Origin: Candidatus Harrisonbacteria bacterium
Lineage (GTDB): Bacteria; Patescibacteriota; Minisyncoccia; UBA6257; 1-14-0-10-44-23
Reading direction: 5' to 3'
DNA: 64,000 bases
NCBI GenBank assembly: GCA_023255625.1
Contig: JAHFLF010000001.1
Coordinates: 185,766 to 249,765, forward strand
Shown: positions 53,959 through 62,776 of the stretch, piece after piece
Layout of the letters: every line of letters starts with the position of its first letter
Position numbering within the stretch: the first letter of the stretch is position 1
Made by a program: the position numbers and the translations under genes
Notes under the pieces: model-generated
Told to the model about the DNA's origin: nothing
What the model saw: only the letters and a program-made list of their open reading frames with translations
The model's database searches: none

Positions 53959-54434
53959 TGAAAACTATAAACTGTAAACTGAAAACTACAAATTCTGTGC
54001 GCCGCAGGCGAACCACCGGCATTGCAGCACTGCCGGTCATGCTGCTGCTTGGTGGTATCATTATCGAAGCGGCCATCGCTGGGGCCTTTATCCTCTACTA
54101 TGTGAACAGCGGCGTCTACGGCACAAAATTAGCCACCCAATCTTCGATCTTGGCCCACGCAGCCGTGGACGATGCTATTTTCCGAATAATATTAAATCCA
54201 AATTGTGGCAACGATACCAGCTGCCTGGGCACCGGAACACCTTTTACATTTACTGCCGGCGGTGGCAATGCGCAGGTTACGATCGAAAAAGATACGCCGT
54301 CTAGCGGATTGACCCAAATTACCGCCACCGCAGAAACATTGGGCAAAGAGCACCGAGTTGTTGCAATCGTTACAACCAGCAGCACGGCGCCACTGGTAAC
54401 GATTCGTTCAATCATCGATCAACCAGAACAATGA
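53958..54434 (+). CDS. Hypothetical pilus-associated protein (N-terminal TM/pilin-like hydrophobic segment)
   Basis: TGIAALPVMLLLGGIIIEAAIAGAFILYYV. Located in the pilus operon; pilX-like role is inference only. Confidence 0.4.
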   Translation: MKTINCKLKTTNSVRRRRTTGIAALPVMLLLGGIIIEAAIAGAFILYYVNSGVYGTKLATQSSILAHAAVDDAIFRIILNPNCGNDTSCLGTGTPFTFTAGGGNAQVTIEKDTPSSGLTQITATAETLGKEHRVVAIVTTSSTAPLVTIRSIIDQPEQ

Positions 54435-55972
54435 GCACTCAACCTTCAAAATTGGTCAACTGGCTCTCAAGATTGCGCACCATCTTAACCGCGCCGACTC
54501 CCATCGGCGGGCTGGAAATTTCAACTACCTCGCTCAAATACCTGCTGCTGCGTAATAATTCAATCGTCCAGGCATCGCTCCGATTGCCGCCGGGTATCAT
54601 TGAGGCCGGAAAAATTAAAAATACGCTCCTTCTTGAGCAGGCCCTAAGAGATCTGCATGCGCAAATTTTACCTCTTTCAAAACCAATCAGCGTTGTCCTT
54701 TGCCTTCCCCAAAGTACGACATATACTCAAGCATTCACGGTTCCGATAATTGCCAGCGGCCAGATGGTAGAATCCGTCATGCTCAATTTGCAGATGATCT
54801 CTCCGACTAATATCGAGGATTCTTTTTATGATTATCAGGAGGTTCAGGAGCGCAGTGATACCGGACAATTTGAACTGCTCGGTGCTTTCGCGCAAAAATC
54901 GGTAGTCCAGGAATATGCAAACGCGCTGAAAAATGCCAACTTTATACCGGTTGTTGTCTGCTTCCCGGCGCTGGCAATCGCCCGACTGATTCGTCTCCGT
55001 TGGGGCGGCCTGGCCACGACCGAGGATTATCTGGTTTTGTATGTAAGCAGCGAAGGAGTTTTAACTTTGATTTTGAAAAATGGAAACCTTAGCTTTGACC
55101 GGTTCACCCCCTGGCACGAAATCACTAAAGAAGGTTCGGTGGAATCCCTGACATTTTCACAAATCAAAGAATTCATCGCTGAAGACATGCGTCGGGTTTT
55201 AAACTTTTATCTGGGCCGAACCGGCAAACAGCTCACAAATGCAATTTTAATTTCACCCGTCTTTAATTATGAACTGATTACCCTTCTGCAGGAGCGGCTC
55301 AATATTACCCTACACAACCTAGCAATCGCCGAGCTACCAAAACTCCAACCGAGTTGGTTCTCGGTGCTCGGATCAGCCACCCGAGGGTCAATGCCCAGAA
55401 GTAAAGACACGGAAATCAGTCTGACTCCGGAAAACTCGCAAACCGAATATCTGGAACAGCGTATCGTAGACTTTATCAAGCTCTGGCGCAATATTATTGC
55501 CAGCACTCTCGTTTTCGTATTAGCCGCTTTCACATTCACCAATATTATCTTTGATCGGCAACAAAATTATCTGGAGCGCCGGCTGCAAACCGAGTTCAAT
55601 ACTCCGGCTCTGACCGGCAATACCGCCGTTCAGGAAAAAATCCAAAATTTTAATCAGCAAGTCGATATCATCAGTCAAACGCAGCAGAGTGAAAATAACT
55701 TAACGCCGCTTCTGGAAATTATGCAGAAAACTGCCGGCAAAGATATTGTGATTAAAAAAATGTCTGTTGACCCCAACTTGAACTTCATCATAAACGGCAA
55801 TGCCAAGGCAGACGATCTGGCTTTTGCCTTTCTTAACCGCATACTCAATCTATCATTTGTACAATCCGCTGATCTACCGATCAAAAAAGTGGTCAGCGTA
55901 GGAGAAAACAGTGTTTTCTTTGATGATCTGCGCGGCGTATTTAAAGAAATGCCGACTGGAACTATCAAATAA
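54431..55972 (+). CDS. Type IV pilus assembly PilM-like (actin-fold) fused to PilN-like (TM plus periplasmic) module
   Basis: 513 aa. N-terminal ~330 aa resembles the PilM/FtsA fold, then a TM segment (IIASTLVFVLAAFTFTNII) and a ~170-aa C-terminal domain. Assigned by position after pilB/pilC and by architecture. Confidence 0.5.
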   Translation: MSTQPSKLVNWLSRLRTILTAPTPIGGLEISTTSLKYLLLRNNSIVQASLRLPPGIIEAGKIKNTLLLEQALRDLHAQILPLSKPISVVLCLPQSTTYTQAFTVPIIASGQMVESVMLNLQMISPTNIEDSFYDYQEVQERSDTGQFELLGAFAQKSVVQEYANALKNANFIPVVVCFPALAIARLIRLRWGGLATTEDYLVLYVSSEGVLTLILKNGNLSFDRFTPWHEITKEGSVESLTFSQIKEFIAEDMRRVLNFYLGRTGKQLTNAILISPVFNYELITLLQERLNITLHNLAIAELPKLQPSWFSVLGSATRGSMPRSKDTEISLTPENSQTEYLEQRIVDFIKLWRNIIASTLVFVLAAFTFTNIIFDRQQNYLERRLQTEFNTPALTGNTAVQEKIQNFNQQVDIISQTQQSENNLTPLLEIMQKTAGKDIVIKKMSVDPNLNFIINGNAKADDLAFAFLNRILNLSFVQSADLPIKKVVSVGENSVFFDDLRGVFKEMPTGTIK

Positions 55973-56480
55973 TTTGTATTTCTTTCCACGCCCGCTGCGC
56001 TACAGCAACAAACTGCTGTTCATCCTGCGCGTTCCACTGTTTGAGCACAAAATCTCCGGATTTCGCGCGAACCGCTTCATTGGGATTACGGATACCTACG
56101 CGTAAACGCAAAAAGCCCTCTGTGCCAAAATGGCTGACTAGACTCTCAATTCCTTTATGACCGGCGCTACCGCCGCCTTTAACTAATTTATACGAACCGA
56201 CCGGCAAATCACTATCATCATGCACTACAACTGCGTCGTCTAAAGATAAGTTGTGATACTTGAGCCAGCTCTTAGCCACTGCTCCGGACTCATTCATAAA
56301 TCCTACTGGCTCATACAACTGAATCTGCCCTGCCCCCTCCTCTGCAACCAGCCGGGCAATAACTGCGGACACAAAAACGCCGACATTGTGATATGTCTTT
56401 TTGTACTCTTCGCCCATATTTCCCAGCGCAATTAGTGCTTTAATCATTTTGCTTGTTTGTTCCATCATATTATAGTACAA
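55965..56480 (-). CDS. pth: Peptidyl-tRNA hydrolase
   Basis: ALIALGNMGEEYKKTYHNVGVFV...GHKGIESL. Pth signatures with catalytic His in HNVG. Confidence 0.85.
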   Translation of the reverse strand: MYYNMMEQTSKMIKALIALGNMGEEYKKTYHNVGVFVSAVIARLVAEEGAGQIQLYEPVGFMNESGAVAKSWLKYHNLSLDDAVVVHDDSDLPVGSYKLVKGGGSAGHKGIESLVSHFGTEGFLRLRVGIRNPNEAVRAKSGDFVLKQWNAQDEQQFVAVAQRAWKEIQII

Positions 56481-56496
56481 TCTTACGCATTAGCGT

Positions 56497-57060
56497 ATGC
56501 CAATGCCAGATTCAGTCAAGCGTTTTCTCCGCCATAGCTGGGATAATCTCCAGATTATAGTCATTGCGCTGGCTGCGGCCTTTTTTGTCCGTTATTTTAT
56601 CGCTCAACCCTTCCTGGTCTCTGGCGCGAGTATGGAACCGAGCTTCCATGACGGCAATTTCCTGATCGTAGATGAGCTGACTTATCGCCTTAAAGAGCCG
56701 GAGCGGGGTGATGTAATCGTCTTTAAATACCCGGGCAATGAGAAAGAATACTTTATTAAAAGAATTATCGGCATTCCTGGAGAGACAATTGTAACTAGCG
56801 GTGATGTTATCACTATTACTGCTCAAGATGGAACAATGACAACACTCGTCGAGCCATATATCAAGCCAGACCTGCGAATAGCCGAGAATAAATCTGTAAC
56901 ATTATCAGAGAAAGAATATTTTGTAATGGGCGACAACCGGGGCAACAGTTTCGACTCCCGCAGTTGGGGCCCGCTCAACCAAAAAGAGATTACTGGGCTA
57001 GTCCGTCTGCGCGTCTTCCCCTTTAATGAGTTCGGCATAACCCCTGATGTAACCTACTAA
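56497..57060 (+). CDS. lepB: Signal peptidase I
   Basis: VSGASMEPSF (catalytic Ser box), KRIIGIPGE (Lys box), VMGDNRGNSFDSRSWG (box E). Confidence 0.85.
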   Translation: MPMPDSVKRFLRHSWDNLQIIVIALAAAFFVRYFIAQPFLVSGASMEPSFHDGNFLIVDELTYRLKEPERGDVIVFKYPGNEKEYFIKRIIGIPGETIVTSGDVITITAQDGTMTTLVEPYIKPDLRIAENKSVTLSEKEYFVMGDNRGNSFDSRSWGPLNQKEITGLVRLRVFPFNEFGITPDVTY

Positions 57061-57067
57061 TCTTCAC

Positions 57068-58390
57068 ATGCAAACCAAACCAAAAAATAAGAAACCAGCC
57101 GGCGAAGCATCGACCACTTTTCAATCGGTCAAAGGCATGCACGATGTGCTGCCGGCGGAGTCCTGTGTTCAAGAAAAGATCTACCGTCTGGCCAGAGAAA
57201 TTCTTGAATTCTACAATTTTAACAGCATAGCCACCCCGCTGGTTGAATATCTTGGACTATATAATCGCACCACCGGCGAGGCCACCGATATTGTTGAAAA
57301 GCAAATGTTCACTCTAAAGACTAAGGGCGGCGAAACCCTGGCGCTACGCCCGGAATTCACGCCGGGGATTGGCCGTGCCTATATCCAGCACGGAATGAGC
57401 CACTACCCGCACCCGGTTAAACTTTTTACAATCGGGCCGCTTTTCCGCTATGAGCAACCCCAGGCCGGCCGTTTTCGCCAGTTTAACCAAATCGATGCTG
57501 AAATTTTCAGTACAGAAAATGATGCAATTTATGATGCACAGGGTATCTTGGCCTGCTACCGCATCTTGGATGAACTGAAAATAAAAAATCTGATCATTAA
57601 TATCAATACTATTGGTTGCATAACTTGCCGGCCAAATTACCGGAAAGCGCTCGTTAGTTACTATAAAAATAAAGAGAAGCAGCTTTGCACAGATTGCAAA
57701 CGCCGTTTGCCGGTAAATCCGCTGCGACTTTTGGATTGCAAGGAGCCGATTTGCCAACCCCTAAAAGAACAAGCCCCGAACACGCTCGACTATGTCTGCG
57801 CTACCTGTAAAAAACACTTTAAGGAAGTTTTAGAATATCTGGATAATTTAGCTCTCCCATATGCTCTCAATCCCTATCTGGTTCGGGGTCTAGATTATTA
57901 TTCCAAAACGGTTTTCGAAATAAATACTCAACCCGCAGAGGGAGAAGAAAAAATCGACTTTGCTCTTGGCGGCGGCGGCCGCTATGACTACCTTATTGAA
58001 GAACTCGGCGGCCGACCAACTTCGGCCTTTGGCTGGGCGCTTGGCGTTGAACGGATTATCGATGTCCTGCACACCCGGAATATCCTCCCCTCCTCCCGAC
58101 CGAAAGAAAAAGTATTCTTAATCCACATCGGCGACCTGGCTAAGAGAAAATCACTCTGCTTAATCGAAACCCTGCGCCACGCTCACATAAATGTAATTGA
58201 ATCTCTTGGTAAGGAATCGTTGGCAGCACAGTTGCGCGCGGCCGACAAAGCAGATGCGCCACTCGCCCTGATTTTTGGTCAAAAGGAGGCCTATGAAGAA
58301 TCGATAATTATTCGCGACATGAAAACTGGTGCGCAGGAGATGGTGCCACTGACTAAGCTGCCGGAAATGATTAAGAGGAAACTCAACTAG
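57068..58390 (+). CDS. hisS: Histidine--tRNA ligase
   Basis: Class II aaRS motifs: GMHDVLP, FTIGPLFRYEQPQAGRFRQFNQIDAEIF (motif 2), GGGRYDYL (motif 3). C-terminal anticodon-binding domain. Confidence 0.9.
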   Translation: MQTKPKNKKPAGEASTTFQSVKGMHDVLPAESCVQEKIYRLAREILEFYNFNSIATPLVEYLGLYNRTTGEATDIVEKQMFTLKTKGGETLALRPEFTPGIGRAYIQHGMSHYPHPVKLFTIGPLFRYEQPQAGRFRQFNQIDAEIFSTENDAIYDAQGILACYRILDELKIKNLIININTIGCITCRPNYRKALVSYYKNKEKQLCTDCKRRLPVNPLRLLDCKEPICQPLKEQAPNTLDYVCATCKKHFKEVLEYLDNLALPYALNPYLVRGLDYYSKTVFEINTQPAEGEEKIDFALGGGGRYDYLIEELGGRPTSAFGWALGVERIIDVLHTRNILPSSRPKEKVFLIHIGDLAKRKSLCLIETLRHAHINVIESLGKESLAAQLRAADKADAPLALIFGQKEAYEESIIIRDMKTGAQEMVPLTKLPEMIKRKLN

Positions 58391-58495
58391 ATGATACTAG
58401 AAGCTGCTAGATGCTACTAAAGATGCTGCTAGTAGAATAAAATTCTAATTCGTATCCCCTAGCAGCATCTAAAACTTCTAGCAACTTCTATGGAT
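58391..58495. repeat. Repeat family R5, copy 2 (nested palindromes gatgctgctag/ctagcagcatc, tagaataaaattcta)
   Basis: ctagatgatactagaagctgctagatgctactaaagatgctgctagtagaataaaattctaattcgtatcccctagcagcatctaaaacttctagcaacttcta. Shares the 15-mer cttctagcaacttcta with copy 1. Confidence 0.6.
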
Positions 58496-58906
58496 TGCCT
58501 CTTCTGCTCTATCATCGCCAAAAATATTCCTAGTAAGATCGTCTACGAAGACGATCAAACACTCGCCTTTTTAGATATCCAGCCACTCGCCGCCGGCCAC
58601 ACCGTGATTGTGCCAAAGCATCACGCAGACCGCATCGCTGCTCTACCAGAAGAATTCGCCGGCCCGCTCGGATTGACGGTCAGGCGAGTTTCTGATATCT
58701 TACATAAATCGCTGGCACCGGAGGGATTTACTATTGGTATCAATGATGGGGTTGGCGCTCACCAAGGAGTCGGCCACCTGCATATCCATGTTATCCCCCG
58801 CTGGCTCGCTGATCAAGGCGGCAATCTGCACAGCATCATCAAAAACCCGCCAACCATGTCTCTCGACGAAGTCGCAAAAAAACTAGCAGCTTCTAGCAGC
58901 ATCTAA
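58490..58906 (+). CDS. HIT-family (histidine triad) nucleotide hydrolase
   Basis: CLFCSII...AAGHTVIVPKHH...GVGHLHIHVIPR (HxHxHxx motif). Confidence 0.85.
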   Translation: MDCLFCSIIAKNIPSKIVYEDDQTLAFLDIQPLAAGHTVIVPKHHADRIAALPEEFAGPLGLTVRRVSDILHKSLAPEGFTIGINDGVGAHQGVGHLHIHVIPRWLADQGGNLHSIIKNPPTMSLDEVAKKLAASSSI

Positions 58907-58935
58907 TACCTCTAATTACTAATTCCTCTACCCCT
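58873..58935. repeat. Repeat family R5, copy 3
   Basis: aactagcagcttctagcagcatctaatacctctaattactaattcctctacccc. Overlaps the 3' end of the HIT gene. Confidence 0.5.
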
Positions 58936-59160
58936 ATGCTCTCTGTCCGAAAACGAGAAAGTGAATCCGCCACCTCGCTCATGTACCGTTTCAACAAACG
59001 GATGAAACAAAGCGGTGTGGTCAAGGAGGTGCGCAAGCGCCGCTTTACCGACCGTCCGGTGTCTAAACTCAAACGAAAGCAATCAGCAGTGCACCGCGAA
59101 GTTATGAAAAAAGATTTCCTGCATAAGAAAAAAATGGGTCTGACCAGTCCCCTGCGATAA
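58936..59160 (+). CDS. rpsU: 30S ribosomal protein S21
   Basis: 74 aa, highly basic. RKRESE...YRFNKRMKQSGVVKEVRKRRFTDRPVSKLKRKQSAVHRE. Pattern typical of S21. Confidence 0.7.
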   Translation: MLSVRKRESESATSLMYRFNKRMKQSGVVKEVRKRRFTDRPVSKLKRKQSAVHREVMKKDFLHKKKMGLTSPLR

Positions 59161-59269
59161 TACTATGATTACCAAATTTACAAACATCTGCAGCCGTCGT
59201 GCGGCCTCACAATTCGAGGTCGTCTTCGAGTGTTTGTAATACTGATTTACTAAATCTACGAACTTTCCA

Positions 59270-59302
59270 AAGCGGCCTCGAGTACAGGCCGCTTTGCGTT
59301 TA
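59270..59302 (+). terminator. Intrinsic terminator after rpsU (agcggcct-cgagtaca-ggccgct + ttgcgttt)
   Basis: 7-bp GC-rich stem followed by a T-rich run. Confidence 0.5.
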
Positions 59303-59364
59303 TCGGAGAAGCTAGCGTAGAAGAATAAAAAAACAAGGTTCGCCCTGCGGGGCAAGGAGGAGAG

Positions 59365-59823
59365 ATGTCGAAGCAAACACTGACTGTCGTAACCGAGCTC
59401 AAGCTCGGCAGAGTAACCAGGGCGCATGTGGCGTCCGTCGAGCAACTCCGCGCGAATCGCGAAGAGGCCTGCAGCTACTCTCGCCTGCTCATGCCGAGGC
59501 AGATCAGATGGTCGCTCGGGACAATCCAAATCGTCTGCGCTACCGCCGAAGAAGTTCAGGGTATCGGCGTTGGTGTCTGGGAGGCGGTCGCGGCGGCGAC
59601 ACTGCTCGATCAGAAGGAGGATCTCCTAGAAGTTTACTTCTGCCCGCCAAAGGCGGAGTGGGAGGAGATCACCTTCATGCCCCTGGATCAGTGCGACAAG
59701 CGTGCTGTCGTATCCTTGGTCACAATATATCGTCGAGAACCGCGCAGGAACCGACGATGCCTATATCTACGCCCCTCTGTACCACGACTGCGCAAGGAAC
59801 AACTCTTCGCGGTTCGTATCTGA
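59365..59823 (+). CDS. Hypothetical protein (152 aa) in GC-rich insertion between rpsU and argH
   Basis: Perfect SD aaggaggagag before the ATG. GC-rich codon usage. No family recognised. Confidence 0.45.
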   Translation: MSKQTLTVVTELKLGRVTRAHVASVEQLRANREEACSYSRLLMPRQIRWSLGTIQIVCATAEEVQGIGVGVWEAVAAATLLDQKEDLLEVYFCPPKAEWEEITFMPLDQCDKRAVVSLVTIYRREPRRNRRCLYLRPSVPRLRKEQLFAVRI

Positions 59824-59898
59824 CCGGGCAAGAACACGCACCATTGGAGTCGGCCGCTGAGGCGACCGACTCCAAGGAAAGATAAATTAATAACATCT

Positions 59899-61212
59899 AT
59901 GAAAAAACTCTGGCAGAAAAATTGGCAACTCAATAAAGCAGTAGAAATTTTTGAAACGCAAGACGACATCGCCCTTGATAGCTTTATTGCTCCTTTTGAT
60001 ATCTTAGCTTCAATTGCCCACGCAAAGATGCTTTCCAAAATCGGAATTATCACTCAAATAGAATATAAAAAACTGTGTGCTGGCTTAACAGAAATCCAGA
60101 CTCTTGTTGACACCGGAAAGTTTAAGCTAAAAATTGGCGATGAAGACATACATACAAAAATTGAAAACTTTTTAACGAAACGCTATGGCACGGCCGGCAA
60201 GAAAATTCATACCGGTAGGTCTAGAAATGATCAAGTGCTAACGGCATTACGACTGTTCATGATAGACGCCTTACTTGATATACATACACAAACCTTGGAT
60301 CTTGCCGCTGCATTTGTAAAAATTGCTAAAAAATACGAATTTGTGCCAATGCCCGGCTACACCCATATGCAAAGAGCGATGCCTTCATCTGTTGGTGTCT
60401 GGCTCGGCAGCTTCACAGAATCACTCCTCGATGACGCAAGCGCAATTAGCGCGGCTATTACCCTTATTAATCAATCCCCGCTCGGCTCTGCCGCGGGCTA
60501 CGGTGTGCCGCTTAAACTGAATAGAGAGATGACCGCAAGGTTGCTGGGCTTCGATCGAATACAAGCAAATGTGCTCTACTGCCAAAACTCAAGAGGCAAA
60601 CTCGAAGCGGTTGCGCTCGCAGCGCTCGTGAACATATTAAGCACCGTCAACCGGTTCGCAAACGACCTCCTACTCTTTACTACAAAAGAATTTGATTTTT
60701 TCTCGCTGAACGATAGTCTTTTTTCTGGCAGCAGCATCATGCCGCAAAAACGGAATCTTGATCTCGCGGAGCTTCTGCGTGCAAGTGTCAAAAAAGTTTT
60801 GGCAAATTACACGCTTGTCGCCAACCTCCCGCTTGATCTCATGTCAGGATATAATCGAGATTTGCAGGATTGCAAAAAACCAATCATCGAGAGCATGATC
60901 ACTACTAAGCAATCTCTTAAAATGATGCAACTGCTTATCCATTCTCTAAAACCTAATCAAAAGAAGCTCACAGGTGCATGTTCAAAAGAAATATTCGCAA
61001 CGCATGCAGCGCTCAAATTAGTTAAGCGCGGTTCATCGTTCAGAGATGCATATCGTATAGTCGCTGGCGGGATTGAAAACCTGGACAGTATCAATGTCGA
61101 AATGATTCTACGCGAGAGCACACACACGGGCGCAACAGGAAATCTGCAGCTTGGGAAACTTGCTCAGAAAATAAGGGAAAAACAAAAAATATTGCTACGC
61201 AATAACAAATAA
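59899..61212 (+). CDS. argH: Argininosuccinate lyase (fumarate-lyase superfamily)
   Basis: TGRSRNDQVLTALRL and GSSIMPQKRNLDLAEL (lyase signature, with Gln as in ArgH rather than the His of PurB). Confidence 0.8.
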   Translation: MKKLWQKNWQLNKAVEIFETQDDIALDSFIAPFDILASIAHAKMLSKIGIITQIEYKKLCAGLTEIQTLVDTGKFKLKIGDEDIHTKIENFLTKRYGTAGKKIHTGRSRNDQVLTALRLFMIDALLDIHTQTLDLAAAFVKIAKKYEFVPMPGYTHMQRAMPSSVGVWLGSFTESLLDDASAISAAITLINQSPLGSAAGYGVPLKLNREMTARLLGFDRIQANVLYCQNSRGKLEAVALAALVNILSTVNRFANDLLLFTTKEFDFFSLNDSLFSGSSIMPQKRNLDLAELLRASVKKVLANYTLVANLPLDLMSGYNRDLQDCKKPIIESMITTKQSLKMMQLLIHSLKPNQKKLTGACSKEIFATHAALKLVKRGSSFRDAYRIVAGGIENLDSINVEMILRESTHTGATGNLQLGKLAQKIREKQKILLRNNK

Positions 61213-61226
61213 CGTACAATATCATC

Positions 61227-61706
61227 ATGGAAACACCAAGCAAATTACCAGCCATCGTTAAGGTGAACTTGCAGCAAGCTAATGCTATCTTCCAAGAATA
61301 TACACACGAGCCGGTACTTAATTACGAGACGGCTGCAAAAGTTTCTGCGCGGCTCGGCATCACCGGAACCGAAAGTAAATGTCTTTTTGCGAAGACGAAA
61401 TCAAATCGCTATTTCATGCTTGTGACAACCCAAGAAACTCGGGCAGATTGGAAAGCACTCAAGCAGCTCACCGGCGAATCATTATCGATGTGTTCTGGCG
61501 ACGAGCTGCTGTCGGTAACGGGATATGTTCCCGGCTGTGCAGGACCCTTCGCTCTTCCTGCGAGCGTAATCGTTATTGCTGATTCAAAGATATTTACTCT
61601 AGAAAAGTATGTCTTTTCCGGCGGCATACCGGAAATAACGCTAGTCATTTCCGGGGCGGATCTCAAGAAAGCAATTGATATTATTCCGAGGCATCTTATT
61701 CTATAA
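61227..61706 (+). CDS. ybaK: YbaK/ProX-type aminoacyl-tRNA deacylase (Cys-tRNA(Pro) editing domain)
   Basis: TGTESKCLFAKTKSNRYFMLVTT...SGDELLSVTGYVPGCAGPFAL. YbaK family pattern with a conserved Lys. Confidence 0.7.
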   Translation: METPSKLPAIVKVNLQQANAIFQEYTHEPVLNYETAAKVSARLGITGTESKCLFAKTKSNRYFMLVTTQETRADWKALKQLTGESLSMCSGDELLSVTGYVPGCAGPFALPASVIVIADSKIFTLEKYVFSGGIPEITLVISGADLKKAIDIIPRHLIL

Positions 61707-61817
61707 GTAGACAGAGCATGCCTGAATTGGTATCATTCGCATTATTCAGTAATCACTAACACACTAATCAATACCGAATGCGCGAATGAATCTATTAGCA
61801 TATTAGCTTCAATTCGT

Positions 61818-62291
61818 ATGTTCGCGAATACTGTTATGACATTCAAAGAACAACTGATGACTGATATTAAGACCGCTATGAAGGCGGGAAATCATGAAGA
61901 ATTAACCACCTTACGCGGGCTTTCTTCGGTTATTAAAAATACAGAAATTGCCAAACAGATGAAACAGGGCGCATCGGCAACTATCACTGATGAGGAAATC
62001 ATGAATGTTCTTTTAACTGAAGCTAAAAAGAGAAAAGACGCCATCGCCGCTTTTATGACTGGCGGCCGACCGGAACTGGCCGAAGCAGAACAAAAAGAGT
62101 TGCTAGTTGTCGGCCGGTATCTGCCAAAGCAAATGTCAGCAGAGGAAACAGCAGCAGCAGTGGAGACAATTATTGCTGCTGCAGGTGCGAAAGACTTCCC
62201 GGGTGCGATGAAGGCAGTGATGGCCGAGCTCCGTGGCAAAGCAGATACCGGTGCGATCGCGGAGCAGATCAAAAAGAAATTCGGAAAATGA
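61818..62291 (+). CDS. GatB/YqeY-domain protein
   Basis: LMTDIKTAMKAGNHEELTTLRGLSSVIKN...ERRKDAIAAF...QLLVVGRYLPKQMSAEE. True start may be the Met at 61836. Confidence 0.7.
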   Translation: MFANTVMTFKEQLMTDIKTAMKAGNHEELTTLRGLSSVIKNTEIAKQMKQGASATITDEEIMNVLLTEAKKRKDAIAAFMTGGRPELAEAEQKELLVVGRYLPKQMSAEETAAAVETIIAAAGAKDFPGAMKAVMAELRGKADTGAIAEQIKKKFGK

Positions 62292-62665
62292 TCTCTGTTG
62301 CTGTTCTTGATGTGTCGGCTAAAAGGTACGAGAAAAAAATTACACATGCAGCCCACGAGCTTGTCATTCTTTTATCTATTACAAGAAAGCATGTTGATAT
62401 CCTGCTCGTTGGCGACAAGCAGATGCAAAAAAATGTTCTGGCCTTTCCGGCCGATCCTGGCTTCCCCCGCCCAGACCTAACTGAACCATCGCTTGGCGAG
62501 ATTCATCTAAACCCAACATATATTCAAGCGCATAATGAAGACTTATTACTCATGCTCACACATGGATTTCTACATCTGCTTGGCTACGATCACGAGAACA
62601 GCCGTGATAGAATAGTGATGGAGAAAAAGGAGCGAGAACTTCTCGCGAAACTGGCTAATTTCTAA
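62288..62665 (+). CDS. ybeY: rRNA maturation endoribonuclease YbeY
   Basis: LTHGFLHLLGYDHE is the H-x3-H-x5-H zinc motif. Confidence 0.8.
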   Translation: MISVAVLDVSAKRYEKKITHAAHELVILLSITRKHVDILLVGDKQMQKNVLAFPADPGFPRPDLTEPSLGEIHLNPTYIQAHNEDLLLMLTHGFLHLLGYDHENSRDRIVMEKKERELLAKLANF

Positions 62666-62764
62666 TTTAAAATTTCTAATTCCTAAACAATTTCTAATGT
62701 TTTAATTTTGAAATTTAAGCATTGAGATATTGTTTGAAAATTGAAAATTAGAAATTGAAAATTA
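62656..62764. repeat. AT-rich palindromic element family R2, copy 3 (diverged)
   Basis: aatttctaatttaaaatttctaattcctaaacaatttctaatg...cattgagatattgtttgaaaattgaaaattagaaattgaaaatt. Confidence 0.6.
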
Positions 62765-62776
62765 CTCTGCTACCCC

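Noticed and set aside
5147-62764. CRISPR array hypothesis for the recurring short repeats
   Set aside because: Repeats are palindromic, of several unrelated families, not regularly spaced with unique spacers, and scattered singly between genes. No cas genes are present.
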